From Emiliania huxleyi CCMP1516 (Eukaryota), in contig NW_005202237.1 of the NCBI RefSeq assembly GCF_000372725.1, positions 62,001 to 126,000 of the forward strand: DNA of 64,000 nucleotides, read 5' to 3'. The first letter of the stretch is position 1, and each line of letters begins with the position of its first letter. Positions 9,560 to 23,869 of this stretch are shown one piece after another. The notes beneath the pieces are model-generated. The model saw nothing but the letters and a program-made list of their open reading frames with translations. It had not been told where the DNA came from and ran no database searches. A program made the translations under genes and the position numbers.

Positions 9560-11870
9560 CTTCAAATCACAAAAAAATGAATTGCGATGATGGAGCTCCA
9601 TGAAATACCGCCCGTGATTGCCTACCCACTGCCCGGTGCGAAACAACGACAAGACCAAGGCACGGGCAGAGGAGCGAGAGAAGAATATAGGATGGATAGG
9701 GCACCTGTTCACATAAGCGCAAAACTACAGTTCACACGGCATGGAGGGTGAGAGAGAGAGTTGAGATTTTTAGCAATACCAAACAACTCTAACGTTTTGT
9801 TTGTTGAGAGTTGAGAGATGTGAGATTTTTAGAATACCAAACAAATCTAACACTCACGCGTCATTTGTTTGTTGAGATGTGTGGAGGGTGAGCCACGCGC
9901 GCGCTGAACGTAGTCGTAGAGACGACTCCGAGGAGGACGACACGCCACTAGCAATCCCGTCGTCAGCTGTCACGATGCACCCGAAGGGGGCCCCAGCGCC
10001 AACACCATCTGTGGAGGTACAAGTGTCCGAAACGAGAGTGGACCTGAGCAACGACATGACTTGGCGGCAAATGATTGGGGTGGGTGTCAGAAGAGTCGTC
10101 CTTGCGCGAGGAGTGGCTTGATAAACTCGAGGAGCCAAAATACGCCGCGAGGAGGGCGGAGTTGCGCCGAGAAGAAGCCGCGAGCTGAGCCCTGGTGTCG
10201 AGGTGTCGAGGCCCGGTGTCGAGGGTGTCGAGCTGCTGTCGAGCTGCTGTCGAGGGATAGAGGTGTCGAGGCCTGTCGAGGCCTGTCGAGGCCTGTTGAG
10301 GCCTGTCGAGGCTGGTACCATGCTTGACCGTGTCGAGGGGTGTCGAGGGGTGTCGAGGGTGTCGAGGGTGTCGAGGGTGTCGAGGGTGTCGAGGGTGTCG
10401 AGCAGGTGTCGAGTGTTGTCAAGGGGTTTTGCGTCTAAGGTGTCGAGGTGTCCAAGGTGGCAGGATGCAGTTGCAGCCCATCAACAAAACTTGGGCAGCA
10501 GTTGCAAAGCTGTTTCATCCCTTAGTTGCAGCCTCAGTTGCACCCTGTTGATGTAGCACAACCTGAGCACAACCAGTATACTCTCTGTGGACATTTGAGG
10601 ACATCAAGTGCCGGGAGTCATTGCCACTGTGCACAAAGGTACTGTGCAGGCGCAGCACCGCAGCAGCGTCGCCGCTGCAGCAGCGTCGCCCCTGCAGCGC
10701 CACCGGCGCACAAAGCGCAACTGACCACAGCGCTCATGGCCCATTCTGGTGCCATGAGTCAGTGGACATTGCCACTGCACAAGGTGCTGTCCAGCAGCTA
10801 AGGGCTGCCAGTACCCCATCGCAGCAGCGTCGCCGCCGCTGCAGCGTCGCCGTTGCAGCCGAGCGTCGCCAGTGCACAAAGCGCAATGGACCACAGGTCT
10901 GCACTCATGGCACAAGCTCACTGGTGTGAGGATTCATTGCCACTGTACAAGGTGCTGTGCAGCACCTGAGGGCTACCTGAGTACTGCCATGTTTGCTGCA
11001 TCAACAGGGGTGCAACTGAGCTGCAACTTGAGCTAGAACTTGAGAGGCTGCAACTCAGGGATGAAAGTACTGCCAGCCAAGTTTGATTGCTGCTGCAACC
11101 CTGATTTCTAACTCTGACTCCAATGGGTCTACATCTCTGCTGTGTTAGGATCATCAGAGGTGTCGAGCGGTGTCGAGCGGTGTCGAGCGGTGTCGAGGGG
11201 TGTCGAGGGGTGTCGAGCGGTGTCGAGGGGTGTCGAGGTGTCGAGTTTGGCACCTTGACACGGTCGAGCATGGTACCAGCCTAGATGGTGTCGAGGGGTG
11301 TCGAGGGGTGTCGAGGGGTGTCGAGTTGGTCGAGTTGGCATGGGGTGTCGAGGTGTCGAGTTGGTGTCGAGTTGGTGTCGAGGTTTGGTGTCGAGGTGTC
11401 GAGGCCAGGGCTCAGGCCGCGAGATCAAGGGATCGGCGGGCGGCGGCGGTGAGGCCGAGGAAGAGCGACGCGACAGAGGATGAAGCGACAGGAGGGAGAA
11501 CGACGAGAGTGGGACGACCGCGAGGTGGCATGAAGGTTGCAGCGAGAATTGGCGAGGGACTGCGAAGAGAGATAGGAAGAGGCAGACGGAGACGCCCAAA
11601 AGGCGCAAGCGGCAAGGGTGGGCGACGGCTCTGACAGAGGCGATGGCTCTTTGCTATTGATAGTAGTACCGTACACTAACTCTTTGACGCTGCCGCTGCC
11701 GACCCAAGTGGGATACAGATAGATAGTGATTTGTTCCATTATACACACACAAAGCAACACACCTTCCTTACACCCGTGAAATCCCTGTGTGGTGGCGGCG
11801 TGCCGTCCTCCCATCCCTCCTTTTTGGCTATTTTCTTCCTTTCTTTTACACACACACACACCTCCACAAC
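9560..11870 (+). mobile_element. Copy of LINE-derived repeat R1, interrupted by nested insertions
   Basis: Colinear with ~39890-40720 (e.g. GTGCGAAACAACGACAAGACCAAGGCACGGGCAGAGG and GTCACGATGCACCCGAAGGGG). Split at 10185-11415. Confidence 0.75.
10185..11415. mobile_element. Non-autonomous TIR DNA transposon (11-bp TIR, 8-bp TSD; hAT/P-like)
   Basis: TIR CTGAGCCCTGG (10185-10195) / CCAGGGCTCAG (11405-11415). TSD GCCGCGAG at 10177-10184 and 11416-11423. Subterminal GTGTCGAG arrays; no transposase. Confidence 0.85.
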
Positions 11871-11964
11871 ACGCTTAAAGCAAAGCGCCCGCCGCGTCCG
11901 TCCCGCCGCCCTCCGACCCGCGAACCGTGTCCCTCGCCCGCCCCCTCGCCTCTTCGCGTCGGCG

Positions 11965-13898
11965 ATGCTCTCCGGCCGCGTCGCCATCTTGATGGTGGAC
12001 GACCGCGAGGTGGGCTCGCCGTCGCCCTCCGGCACCACCCTCGCCTACCCGTCGCTCGCCTTCGCGCTCAATGCGGAGTACGCGTGCTCGCACGGCTACG
12101 ACCTCCTCTACTACCGGATGGTGGGGCCGTCGTGCAGCCACGCCACGCAGGGTGAGCGGCACGGTTCCTACTGCAAGCTGCCCGCGATAGCGCACGCCCT
12201 CGGCCGCGGCTACGACGCCGTCGCATTCATCGACTCGGACTCGTACTTCCGCATCGACGTGCCGCGCTTCCGCAACATGAGCGTGCCCCAGCTGGTCGCA
12301 GAGTACTCCCCGCCGCTGACTGCGACGGCCCCTCGCGGCGGCCCGAGCGCCTGGTTCGCATGCGACCTGCCTCAGCTCGGCGACCGGCCCAACGGCGGCT
12401 TCCACGTCTGGCGGGCGGGCGAGATGGCAAAGGCGCTGCTGGCTCATTGGTGGCACGCTCCTGCGGGGCGATTCGCAACCGAGCACGACTTTGAGCAGCA
12501 CGTGCTGCAGTGGCAGCTTCACCACCTCGCGGCCGCGATTCCGGCCCTCGCGACCCTGCAGCTCAAGGCGATGGCCGACACGTTCGCACACGCAGTTGCG
12601 CACGTCGACCATACCAAGGCGGAACGGCGGCGGCCGCTGCTTGCCGCCGCCCTGCTGCGCGCTTCGCTCGAAGCGCCAGCTCGCCCCGCACCGGCAGCGC
12701 TCATGTCTCCTCTCGCCTCAAGCCACGAGCAGGCGTCGCTCCGGCGACTGCTGGGGCAGGCGGACGCGGCGTTGCCAGCCTCTCCGGGTGCGTCAATCGA
12801 GCGGAGGCTGCTCAAGGCGGTGGCGCGCCGGTTGCGGCCGCGGGCCGCGCAGCTGCACGTCGCGCTAGCGACGCGCCAAGGCGCGGCGTGCGGCGGGCGC
12901 GGCGCTCGGCTGCGAGTCGTCACTTACAACGCGACCGAGGCGGCGAGGCGCGAGCTGCCGGCCGGCGCGCGCCATCGCCTCCCGCCAGAGGGGCTGCCCC
13001 TTGCGCTGCGCCGCTGTGGCGAAGCTGCCGGTGGTGGCGAGCCGGGCGTGGACACGCCTCCCCAGCCCCCCGATCGCCACTCACTTTCGATTCCTAGCGC
13101 TACAGGCGCGCAGCGGTGGGAGGCGGTGGCGGGCGGTGGCTGGCGGCTGGCCGAGCTGGGAGTCTCGCCTCGCCTCTGCCTGCGGGTGGGTCCGCGCAAG
13201 GCGCCCAAGCCCCCGCACCTGCCACTCGCGCAGCTGGGCTCGTGTGAGAACGAGTCCGCTGCCCGAAGTCGTAGCGAAGTGGTGTTCCGTCTGGAGCGGC
13301 ATGGGGACGTCGGTGGCTCGGCGCTCTTGCGCACTGCCGCGACAACTGCAGAGCTGGGTCGCGAGCTCGAGGCCATGGTGCGCGACGCGGGAGAGTCCGC
13401 ATCTGCCGCCGAGGGGGCTCGGAGGCTCGGCGAGAAGCCCCGGGGGACGCCACGAGGCCGACAGCGGCGGCGCGAGAAGTCGCCACTGTGGCAGGTGGGT
13501 CGTTGAGAGCGCCCGCGCCGCCGCAGTCTTTGGGCAAGGTTTGGGCCTCACCGCACCGCTCCCGTACCCTTTAGGACGGCAGACTCACTCTCGCTCCGGA
13601 TGTTGCTGGAGACCGGCATCTCTGTCTCGCCCCTTGGCGTGGCCGCGCCACAGATGGCGCGCACTATCGGCCCGTCCAGCGACCTGGATATTTACGTGGC
13701 GAGGACGACTACACCCGTGAACCTCATGTAGGCGCGGCTCTTGTCTGGGCCCCGTGCGTCGACGGCGAGTTGGACGGCCGCACGTCCAAGCGGTCGCCCC
13801 GTTGGCGGTCTGTGGCTGCCGGCGGCCGCCCGGCGCGGTTGGAGCTCTCGCAGCCCGTGGATGGCGTTACGCTCTGCGCCACAGCGGACATTATTTGA
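11965..13898 (+). CDS. Glycosyltransferase, GT34 (MNN10/GMA12)-like, with C-terminal extension
   Basis: YACSHGYDL, SYCKLPAI, YDAVAFIDSD (DxD), PNGGFHVW, FEQHVL. A probable GT-AG intron at ~13495-13574 extends the frame to a stop at 13896-13898. Confidence 0.65.
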
Positions 13899-14079
13899 CG
13901 GTTCCACCGGGAAGGTCCCGTGGGGGTATTATGCTGAAGGCTGTTCGTAGTTCGTAAGTTTCTGTTCGTAGTTTTATCAGTAAGCGCTGAAGTCTACAGG
14001 AGTTTTTTGGGTTGCGCGCACACACTGAGCTTCTCCGAGTGACGCCCGCCGAGACCCGAGTCTCTCTCGCTTGTGGGCC

Positions 14080-15045
14080 TCACCGTTGCCAAAAGAGGCG
14101 CGACAAGGCGTCGGCTAGCCAAGCGTCCGTCTCCGCCAAGTCAAGCAGCGCCCGCAGCGGCTTGACTTGGCGCGCCGCCTCGCCGAGGCTGGCGGCGATC
14201 CCAGCCCACCAGCGGCCGACGTCGCACGCAGACACGCAGAGCGCCTTCACCGCCGCCTGCACTGCCGCCGGAGAGGGGATTGTAACACCCACCCACCCAC
14301 CCAGCGCCCCGACGGTGCGAGCGTACACAGCGCGGCAGAAGACCGCGACAGGGACGGCACTCGCGACAGCAGGAGGCGCGACGAGCCTGTCTGCGGTGGC
14401 GACCGCGAAGAGCAGCGCCGCGCTGGCGGCGGAGGTTGCCACGAGCTGGCCGGCCGCAAAGACAGCACGCGCCTTTGGGCGTCGGCGGCGGAGCTGGCGG
14501 AGCGCGGGGCTGACGAGGCTCAGCTCGGCGAGCAGTCGAAGCGGCCGGGTGAGGCTGCGCGACGCCAGCGCGCACAGGATTGCGGCGTTGAGCCGCTTGC
14601 TGCCCGGGATGTAGGGGCGAGGCGCGCGGCCGACTGGCGCGCCAAATCCGAGCCACCACGAGAGCAGGAAGACGGCGCAGAACTGCGCCGCCTCAACGGC
14701 GGCGGCACTCACCGCGGCAGCCAAGATAAAGTCGCGGGCCGCGCCCGCCCGTGTCGCCGCCTTGGTCCCGGGAGCAAACGCAGCGGCAACGGGAGCAAAC
14801 ACCCGGCCGGCGCGCTTAAAGTCGTCCTCAGCGCGAGAGATGAAGGCTCGGACGGCGGCGTCCGTCACACCGCCCGCCGCGGACGCGGCGGCGGCCGAGA
14901 GTGGGTCGGATGGAGGTCTGGGCGGCGGAGGAGGCGAGCGGTTTGCTGCGACGATGGGGGCAGCGCGAGGCGGGACGGAGGAGAGGAGGCGGCCGGAGAC
15001 AGGGAGGTTGACCACAGGCGTGGAGACGGCAAGGATGGCTAGCAT
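14080..15045 (-). CDS. Hypothetical membrane protein, possibly plastid-targeted
   Basis: Hydrophobic N-terminus followed by an S/P/R-rich stretch and several hydrophobic segments. No family recognised. Confidence 0.45.
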   Translation of the reverse strand: MLAILAVSTPVVNLPVSGRLLSSVPPRAAPIVAANRSPPPPPRPPSDPLSAAAASAAGGVTDAAVRAFISRAEDDFKRAGRVFAPVAAAFAPGTKAATRAGAARDFILAAAVSAAAVEAAQFCAVFLLSWWLGFGAPVGRAPRPYIPGSKRLNAAILCALASRSLTRPLRLLAELSLVSPALRQLRRRRPKARAVFAAGQLVATSAASAALLFAVATADRLVAPPAVASAVPVAVFCRAVYARTVGALGGWVGVTIPSPAAVQAAVKALCVSACDVGRWWAGIAASLGEAARQVKPLRALLDLAETDAWLADALSRLFWQR

Positions 15046-15147
15046 CCAGCACGGACCAGTGTTGCTGCGGAGGAGCCGCAGGGCCCGCAGTTCGCGATCC
15101 GACGGGGAAGAGAATTCATGTTGTCACTTTGGCGCGCTGGCACTAAC

Positions 15148-15278
15148 CCAGCCCTCTCCGCGCGGCGATGCGCCCTCCCCCCTCGCTTTTGCAAAATCCT
15201 GCAAAGGTGGGGACGTGTCTGTCCTCGACCCAGCCCTAGCTTGGGATGTCCGTTGTATTTATTTATTTTATTACTAAC
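15148..15278 (+). mobile_element. Short retroposon insertion with (TTTA)n tail and 6-bp TSD
   Basis: ACTAAC at 15142-15147 and 15273-15278. The insert ends TTGGGATGTCCGTTGTATTTATTTATTTTATT and splits the recurrent CTGGCACTAACACAGGT motif. Confidence 0.6.
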
Positions 15279-15399
15279 ACAGGTAAATTGTTTTTCTTTG
15301 AATCACACTTTTGTCACAACAAACCAAGACACTTTTGTCAAGTTGCCGGCGGGCACTCGCACGCGCGCGCGGCCGCCATCGCGGCGTAACACTGGAGGC

Positions 15400-16224
15400 A
15401 TGCTCCCGCAGCCGCCTCCGTTCGCGCCTCCGTCTCCACCCACGGCGCCGCTGCCTCGGCCGCCTCCGTTCGCCCCTCCGTCTCCACCCTCTGCGCCTCG
15501 GCCACAGCCGCCTCCGTTTGAGCCGCCGCCGCCGTCTTTGCCGCCGCCAACCCCTCCACACCCTCGCCGTCCTCCAGCGCCGCCGCACCCGCCCTTTCCG
15601 CCGGAGAGCCGCTGCGAAGGGTGGTGCACTGCGGTGTACGAGTCCAGCCACTGCCGACACGCCGCGTGCAGCGCTTGCCCATTCTGCACAGACCTCTCCG
15701 AGCCGTGCTCATCATGGTGTGACCCTCAATACACTGTCCGCCACTGCAGTCATGACGACTGCTTTGGCTGCTCCTACTGCGTGCCACAACCACCCGTGCC
15801 GCCAGAACCACCGACGCCACCACCGCTGCCGCCTTCGCCAAGACCACCGCCGTTTGATCCGCAACCAAGTTCAGCGACAACCTTGCAGCCAGCAAGGGCG
15901 GTCGCCTCTTTGGGGGCGCTTTTCGAGGGATCTGTAAGACGCGGCGACGCAGCAGATCGCGCAGCGAGTGCTCCCGTCGTCGGGGTTTCCTTGGGCTTGG
16001 TCGGAGTTGGCACTGCGGTTGGCGCCGCCCTTTGGAGGCGAAACATGAGGGGGCGCGCGGCGGCCAGGAGGCGCGCAGACCGCACCAGTGGCACGGGGAT
16101 ATACAGCCTCAGCCTCGACCGTGCCTACAGACGCTTCGTCGGCGGGGACAGCGCCGGTAGCCGATGCGTGGGCGCCGCCAGGCAGCATGAGCTGGCCGAC
16201 GCCCGTGGCCGTGCAGCATCATAA
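15400..16224 (+). CDS. Proline-rich protein with two Cys-rich repeats and a TM helix
   Basis: Pro tracts, CEGWC...HC...CSACPFC and CSSWC...HC...CFGCSYC repeats, hydrophobic VVGVSLGLVGVGTAVGAALW. Confidence 0.55.
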   Translation: MLPQPPPFAPPSPPTAPLPRPPPFAPPSPPSAPRPQPPPFEPPPPSLPPPTPPHPRRPPAPPHPPFPPESRCEGWCTAVYESSHCRHAACSACPFCTDLSEPCSSWCDPQYTVRHCSHDDCFGCSYCVPQPPVPPEPPTPPPLPPSPRPPPFDPQPSSATTLQPARAVASLGALFEGSVRRGDAADRAASAPVVGVSLGLVGVGTAVGAALWRRNMRGRAAARRRADRTSGTGIYSLSLDRAYRRFVGGDSAGSRCVGAARQHELADARGRAAS

Positions 16225-16832
16225 AACCATGGCTTTTCGTTATGTAAAATTCAGGGGGTCCCGACTCCCGTACCAAGCATGCGGAACCGACCCGAATTCA
16301 GTGCAACAGTGCAACAGTATGTGGATGATGAGAACGAGCGCGGGGAAGGAGCAGATATGTGGGGAAGGACACTCAAGGACAGGCTCACGCGCGTCACGGC
16401 TCAGGCCTCCTTTCACAGGGCGCGGGGGAGCTAATACACAGACGACTACAGTACGAGCATTGACGAAGAGCGCACCCCAAGCAGGCGGGGTGTGCAGCGC
16501 TCTTTTTGATTTAGACCGCTTTCGAGAGAGGAACAAACAACATACATTTTGCGCAGCGCATTGTGTGTGCGTGGACTGTGATAAAGTGAGATCTGTGTGT
16601 GTCGCGCATGACCATGGGACATGCGGGTACAATGGGGGACCACCACAGACAGGAGTGGAGCGAGCCGTCTCGCGCGCCATCCACACCGTCCCTCATGCCG
16701 CCCCCGCCACGAGCAGCGCGTCCAGACGTCCGCCACAGTTCGTCCGCCGCCGTCGAGCGGCCCTCCACCACCCTCCACCACCCAGCCTCGTCTCGGGCTG
16801 TGCTGGCGGGGCTACGGCGCGCGCCCACTCCG

Positions 16833-19234
<2,402 letters not shown>

Positions 19235-19419
19235 TTTGGAGGCGGACAGGTGAACCTTCGCTGAAGCGAAAAGAATTTCACTTTCGTCCGCATCACAGGG
19301 AAAAGAATTTTACAACGCAACTCAATGGGCAGGGGAAAAGAATTTTACAACACAAGGCGGTGGCACGACACTGGGCACGGGACTGGCGCGCGCTGGCACT
19401 AACAGGGCGCAGACGACGG

Positions 19420-20240
19420 CTTCCTTAGAAGCCGCCGTCCTCGCCATAGAGGAAGTCGTCCCAAGGCGGATGATCGAATCCGCAAGCACCGTAGTGCTCG
19501 CCGAGACAACCATCATCCCCCTCATCCAACTCCCACCGCTTCCGCTCCCGCCGCGCCCCCCGCTGGCGTCCCTGACGGGACTTCCCGCCCCCCCAGCCAG
19601 CGCCGCGCAGCAGAGCCAGCAGGTCCTCGGTGAGCAGCAGACGCTTCCCAGCCCTCACCTGCTCCCGCCACCCCTCCACCTCCCCAGCGATGCCCTCCCC
19701 CATCACCACCAGCGAACCGCGCCCGGGCCACCAAACCTCCACCCGCCACCTGTGCCGCTCCCCTTGCCGTCGACACCACTCCCGGCCGCAGATGTAGGAG
19801 CAGTTGTACTCCGCCACGAGCACCTCGACCATGGCGCCCCGCGCCGCGACCGAGAGCCGCCCGAAAGCCGAGTAGACCGAGCGACGCCACGCCGCCGCTC
19901 CATCCTCGCCGCGACTAGTCCCAAAGCCCCTCCTGTCCCACTCCACCATGCACGCCTCGACGACAGACGCTTCCTCCTCCGCCAGCACCCTCGCCAAAGC
20001 CACACGCGACGCAGAATCGCAGAAAGCGCCGCACGCGCCGCCCCCTCTCGAGCCTCCTCCTTCCTCCGAAGCGCATACCACCGCGCCTCAGACGCCAAGT
20101 ACGACTCGACCGACCCATCGCACACCTGCCCCTCCTTCTCCTCCTCCTCCTCCTCCTCCTCCTCCTCCTCCTCCTCCTCCTCCTCCTCTTCCGCCTCGTC
20201 GGCCGCCTCGCCCGCCGCAGATCCCGTGGCCTCACCAAAA
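19420..20240 (-). other. Degenerate coding-like segment, possibly a TE remnant
   Basis: Lies next to recurrent intergenic motifs, contains a (TCC)n tract, and has no recognisable domain. Confidence 0.25.
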
Positions 20241-20394
20241 TGACGCAGTTATAGGGTGTTGTGTGCCGTCGGAGTCACTCTCTGTGTGTCAGGGATAGTC
20301 AGGGCCGTCCATCAGAGCTCCAGTAAGCTCGGAGACACCCCATTAGCGCGGCTCGACCTCTTTGAGTCACTGCCTTCCCGCGGTTTGGCTGTAG

Positions 20395-20570
20395 AGCCTC
20401 TACAACAAACTCTACAGCAAAATCGCGCTCTACATCGCTCTACAGGCGACTCACATCGTCACGCGCCGGGTTAGAGCTCTACAGCTCTACAGCGCTCTAC
20501 AGCTCTACAGCTCTACAGCGCTCTACAGCTCTACAGCTCTACAGCGCTCTACAGCTCTACATCCTCTACA
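20395..20570. repeat. Tandem (G)CTCTACA(G) array
   Basis: About 10 contiguous units at 20475-20570 plus scattered upstream copies. Confidence 0.85.
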
Positions 20571-21442
20571 CCCTCCCTCAGGCACGGCAGCTCCTACCTT
20601 GACCGGGACGAGAGTAGCGGCCGCGTACCGTCATCGAGTCAAGCCGATTGTCAACTGCCCCCCCCCCCCCCCCCAGTTCGAATCCGGTCGGGCCTGCTGC
20701 CGGCCTCGTTGGCTCGCCAGGCCTGCCGGGCTTGCCCGAATTCGCTGGCGACGTTGGCGAGGCTGGGGTGGCTGCTGGGCATGGACGGACGTCGCGGCTG
20801 TGGCGTCCACGTCTAAGTTCATGGCTTCCGACCATACGCAGCGTCTAAGTCGGAGCCGGGCTCCGTGCGGGGGCTAAGTAGAGCGCTCGCTTGCTGTAGA
20901 GGCCAAGTGTGGAGCGACCCTCTAGCCCTACTACCCAACCATTGACAGCACCTGGCAGACAGCCTGCCTGACAAGCTGCTGACCTCGTCCAGGGACCAGG
21001 GGCTGAGCGTGCGCGGCTCTTGCGCTGAAGTAAATTCATTCGGCGCGAAGCTAGTGGTCGGCGTGGAATTCTTTTCTTTCGCTGTGTATACCACAGCTGC
21101 GCGACACAGCCCAGCGGCGAACGAAGTGCACGAGCACTCGCGCATCTTTCACCACCCCAACCTCAGCTCATCTCCCCTCGTCCTCCCCTCTCCTGCACCG
21201 CGACCCTCGCACACCGGAGGCGGCGCACTTGCGCGGCTCGCTCACAGCGACCGCCACGTCGCCACCCTGCGCGCTCCACCCAGCACAAGAAGTACACACT
21301 CCGCAGACACCCTCGCATCGCCGCACCTTTCCGCCTCCGCCACCGCCTCCGCCCCGTCGCGCGCGCCACCGCCGCGCCACTCCGCCTCACAGGCTCTCTG
21401 CTGCCCGCTCCCCGCCGCGCGCAGAAAACAAACCCGGTCGTC

Positions 21443-23257
21443 ATGTCCAAGGAAGCGGTCCGCATGGGCAAGGTCTTCTCGGTGTCCGGCCCCGTTGTGA
21501 TCGCCAACGAGATGTCCGGCTCCAAGATGTACGAGCTCGTCCGCGTCGGCCACACGCAGCTCGTCGGCGAGATTATCCGGCTCGAGTATGACAAGGCGAC
21601 GATCCAGGTCTACGAGGAGACGTCAGGCCTGACGGTGGGCGACCCGGTCGTGTGCACCGCGCAGCCGCTCTCGCTGCAGCTCGGGCCGGGCGTGATGGGC
21701 CGCATCTACGACGGCATCCAGCGGCCGCTCGAGAAGATCGCCGAGCTCACCAACTCAATCTACATCCCGCGCGGCGTCTCGACGACCGCGCTCAACGCGG
21801 GCGACGTCTGGTCCTTCGTGCCCAAGAACGTCAAGGTGGGCGACGCCATCACGGGCGGCGACATCTACGGCGAGGTGCCGGAGAACAACATCATCACCCA
21901 CCAGCTGATGGTGCCGCCCGGCACGATGGGCACCGTCAAGTACATTGCGCCCAAGGGCAGCTACACAATTGAGGACGTGATGATCAAGGTCGAGTTCGAG
22001 GGCAAGACGACCTCGCACAAGATGCAGCACTTCTGGCCGGTGCGCACGCCGCGCCCGACGGCCGAGAAGCTGCAGGGCGACCAGCCGCTCCTCACCGGCC
22101 AGCGCATCATCGACGCTCTCTTCCCGTCCGTGCTCGGCGGCACGTGCGCCGTGCCTGGTGCCTTTGGGTGCGGCAAGACGGTCATCTCGCAGGCGCTGTC
22201 AAAGTACTCAAACACGGACTGCATCATCTACGTCGGCTGCGGCGAGCGCGGTAACGAGATGGCCGAGGTGCTCAAGGACTTCCCCGAGCTCACCATGGAG
22301 ATCAACGGCAAGACCGAGTCGATCATGAAGCGGACGACGCTCGTCGCCAACACGTCAAACATGCCCGTCGCGGCGCGCGAGGCGTCCATCTACACGGGCA
22401 TCACGCTCGCCGAGTACATGCGCGACATGGGCCTCAACGTCGCGATGATGGCCGACTCCTCCTCGCGCTGGGCCGAGGCGCTCCGCGAGATCTCCGGCCG
22501 CCTCGCCGAGATGCCGGCCGACAGCGGCTACCCCGCCTACCTCGGCGCACGGCTCGCCTCCTTCTACGAGCGGTCGGGCAAGGCGACCATGCTGGGCTCG
22601 CCCGAGCGCGCCGGCTCCATCTCGATCGTGGGCGCCGTCTCGCCGCCCGGCGGCGACTTTTCGGACCCCGTCTGCTCCGCCACGCTCGGCATCGTCCAGG
22701 TCTTTTGGGGCCTCGACAAGAAGCTGGCGCAGCGCAAGCACTTCCCGTCGGTCAACTGGCTCATCTCGTACTCAAAGTACCTGCGCTCGCTCGACCCGTG
22801 GTACGAGGCCAACTTCCCCGAGTTCCCGCCCATGCGCACGTGCGTCCGCGAGCTGCTCCAGTCCGAGGACGACCTCACCGAGATCGTGCAGCTCGTCGGC
22901 AAGGACTCGCTCGCGGAGTCGGACAAGCTCATCCTCGAGGTGGCCAAGATCATCCGCGACGACTACCTCGCGCAGAACGGCTTCTCGGAGCACGACAAGA
23001 CGTGCCCCTTCTACAAGTCCGTCTGGATGATGAAGAACATCGTCGACTTTTACAAGCTCTCCCACAAGGCGATCGAGAACTCGACCGCCGACAACAAGGT
23101 GACGTGGCTCCGCCTCAAGTCGGCGATGGGCGACACCATCTACAAGATCACCGCCCAAAAGTTCCAGCTGCCGAGCGACGGCAAGGAGACGCTCGTCAAG
23201 CACTTCCAGGCGCTCAACGACGAGATCTTCACCGCCTTCCGCTCGCTCGAGGACTGA
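21443..23257 (+). CDS. VHA-A: V-type H+-ATPase catalytic subunit A
   Basis: [14 protein letters not shown] (P-loop), [27 protein letters not shown]. 604 aa, intronless, no intein. Confidence 0.98.
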   Translation: MSKEAVRMGKVFSVSGPVVIANEMSGSKMYELVRVGHTQLVGEIIRLEYDKATIQVYEETSGLTVGDPVVCTAQPLSLQLGPGVMGRIYDGIQRPLEKIAELTNSIYIPRGVSTTALNAGDVWSFVPKNVKVGDAITGGDIYGEVPENNIITHQLMVPPGTMGTVKYIAPKGSYTIEDVMIKVEFEGKTTSHKMQHFWPVRTPRPTAEKLQGDQPLLTGQRIIDALFPSVLGGTCAVPGAFGCGKTVISQALSKYSNTDCIIYVGCGERGNEMAEVLKDFPELTMEINGKTESIMKRTTLVANTSNMPVAAREASIYTGITLAEYMRDMGLNVAMMADSSSRWAEALREISGRLAEMPADSGYPAYLGARLASFYERSGKATMLGSPERAGSISIVGAVSPPGGDFSDPVCSATLGIVQVFWGLDKKLAQRKHFPSVNWLISYSKYLRSLDPWYEANFPEFPPMRTCVRELLQSEDDLTEIVQLVGKDSLAESDKLILEVAKIIRDDYLAQNGFSEHDKTCPFYKSVWMMKNIVDFYKLSHKAIENSTADNKVTWLRLKSAMGDTIYKITAQKFQLPSDGKETLVKHFQALNDEIFTAFRSLED

Positions 23258-23869
23258 GCGGCTTTTCGCGGCGCAGCGCGAGGCGGAGAGAGCGGTGCGC
23301 CGGTCGCTATTAGTCTCCTCGGTACGTCTAGAGGTTGTACAAAAGGCCTTGTTGTTGCTGGTTTATTCACCCGCGAAAACCCGCCACCCCCGCGCGACGA
23401 CCGACGTCCGTGGAGCGTGGTCCCCGAGTCGAGCTCTGGCCCGCCAGTTTTTGCGGATTGTGCGCGCACGCCCGCCGACAGCAACGACCACAGCGCAGCT
23501 CCAGCTGTGGCCTCTCCCCGAGTCCCCGCTCCTGTCCCCCCTGTATCTCGACTAGATCGTGTATGCTGTATCCGTGTATGTGGGATATCGAGAGCTGGAG
23601 CACCTGGCCGCTGCGGCCTGCGCGCTGGAGCGAGGAGCGCTCGTCACTCGTTACCAAAGTGCTAGTGGTATACAATACCCCAGCTTTCACTGGCCTGCTC
23701 GCTCGTCGGGCCGCACGCCGCCCCCCGCGCTCTGGGGCCACTGCCGGCTGTGTCTCTCCTCTCCTCTCTCTGATTTGGTTCCTGCTGCTGGGGCACCGCC
23801 TCGCGCGCCTCCCCTCCTCCCGCGCACGACTCCTTCCTACGCTACGGCAGTGCGGCCGGCGGCCGGCCG

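Noticed and set aside
9854..11634. ORFs encoding STP/CRG/VSR repeats
   Set aside because: They are translations of the non-coding GTGTCGAG arrays of the TIR element.
20670..20700. tRNA gene (GTTCGAATCC B-box)
   Set aside because: No cloverleaf or A-box could be built, and upstream is a poly-C run.
21443..23257. VMA1-type intein in V-ATPase A
   Set aside because: GAFGCGKT is uninterrupted and the protein length is normal.
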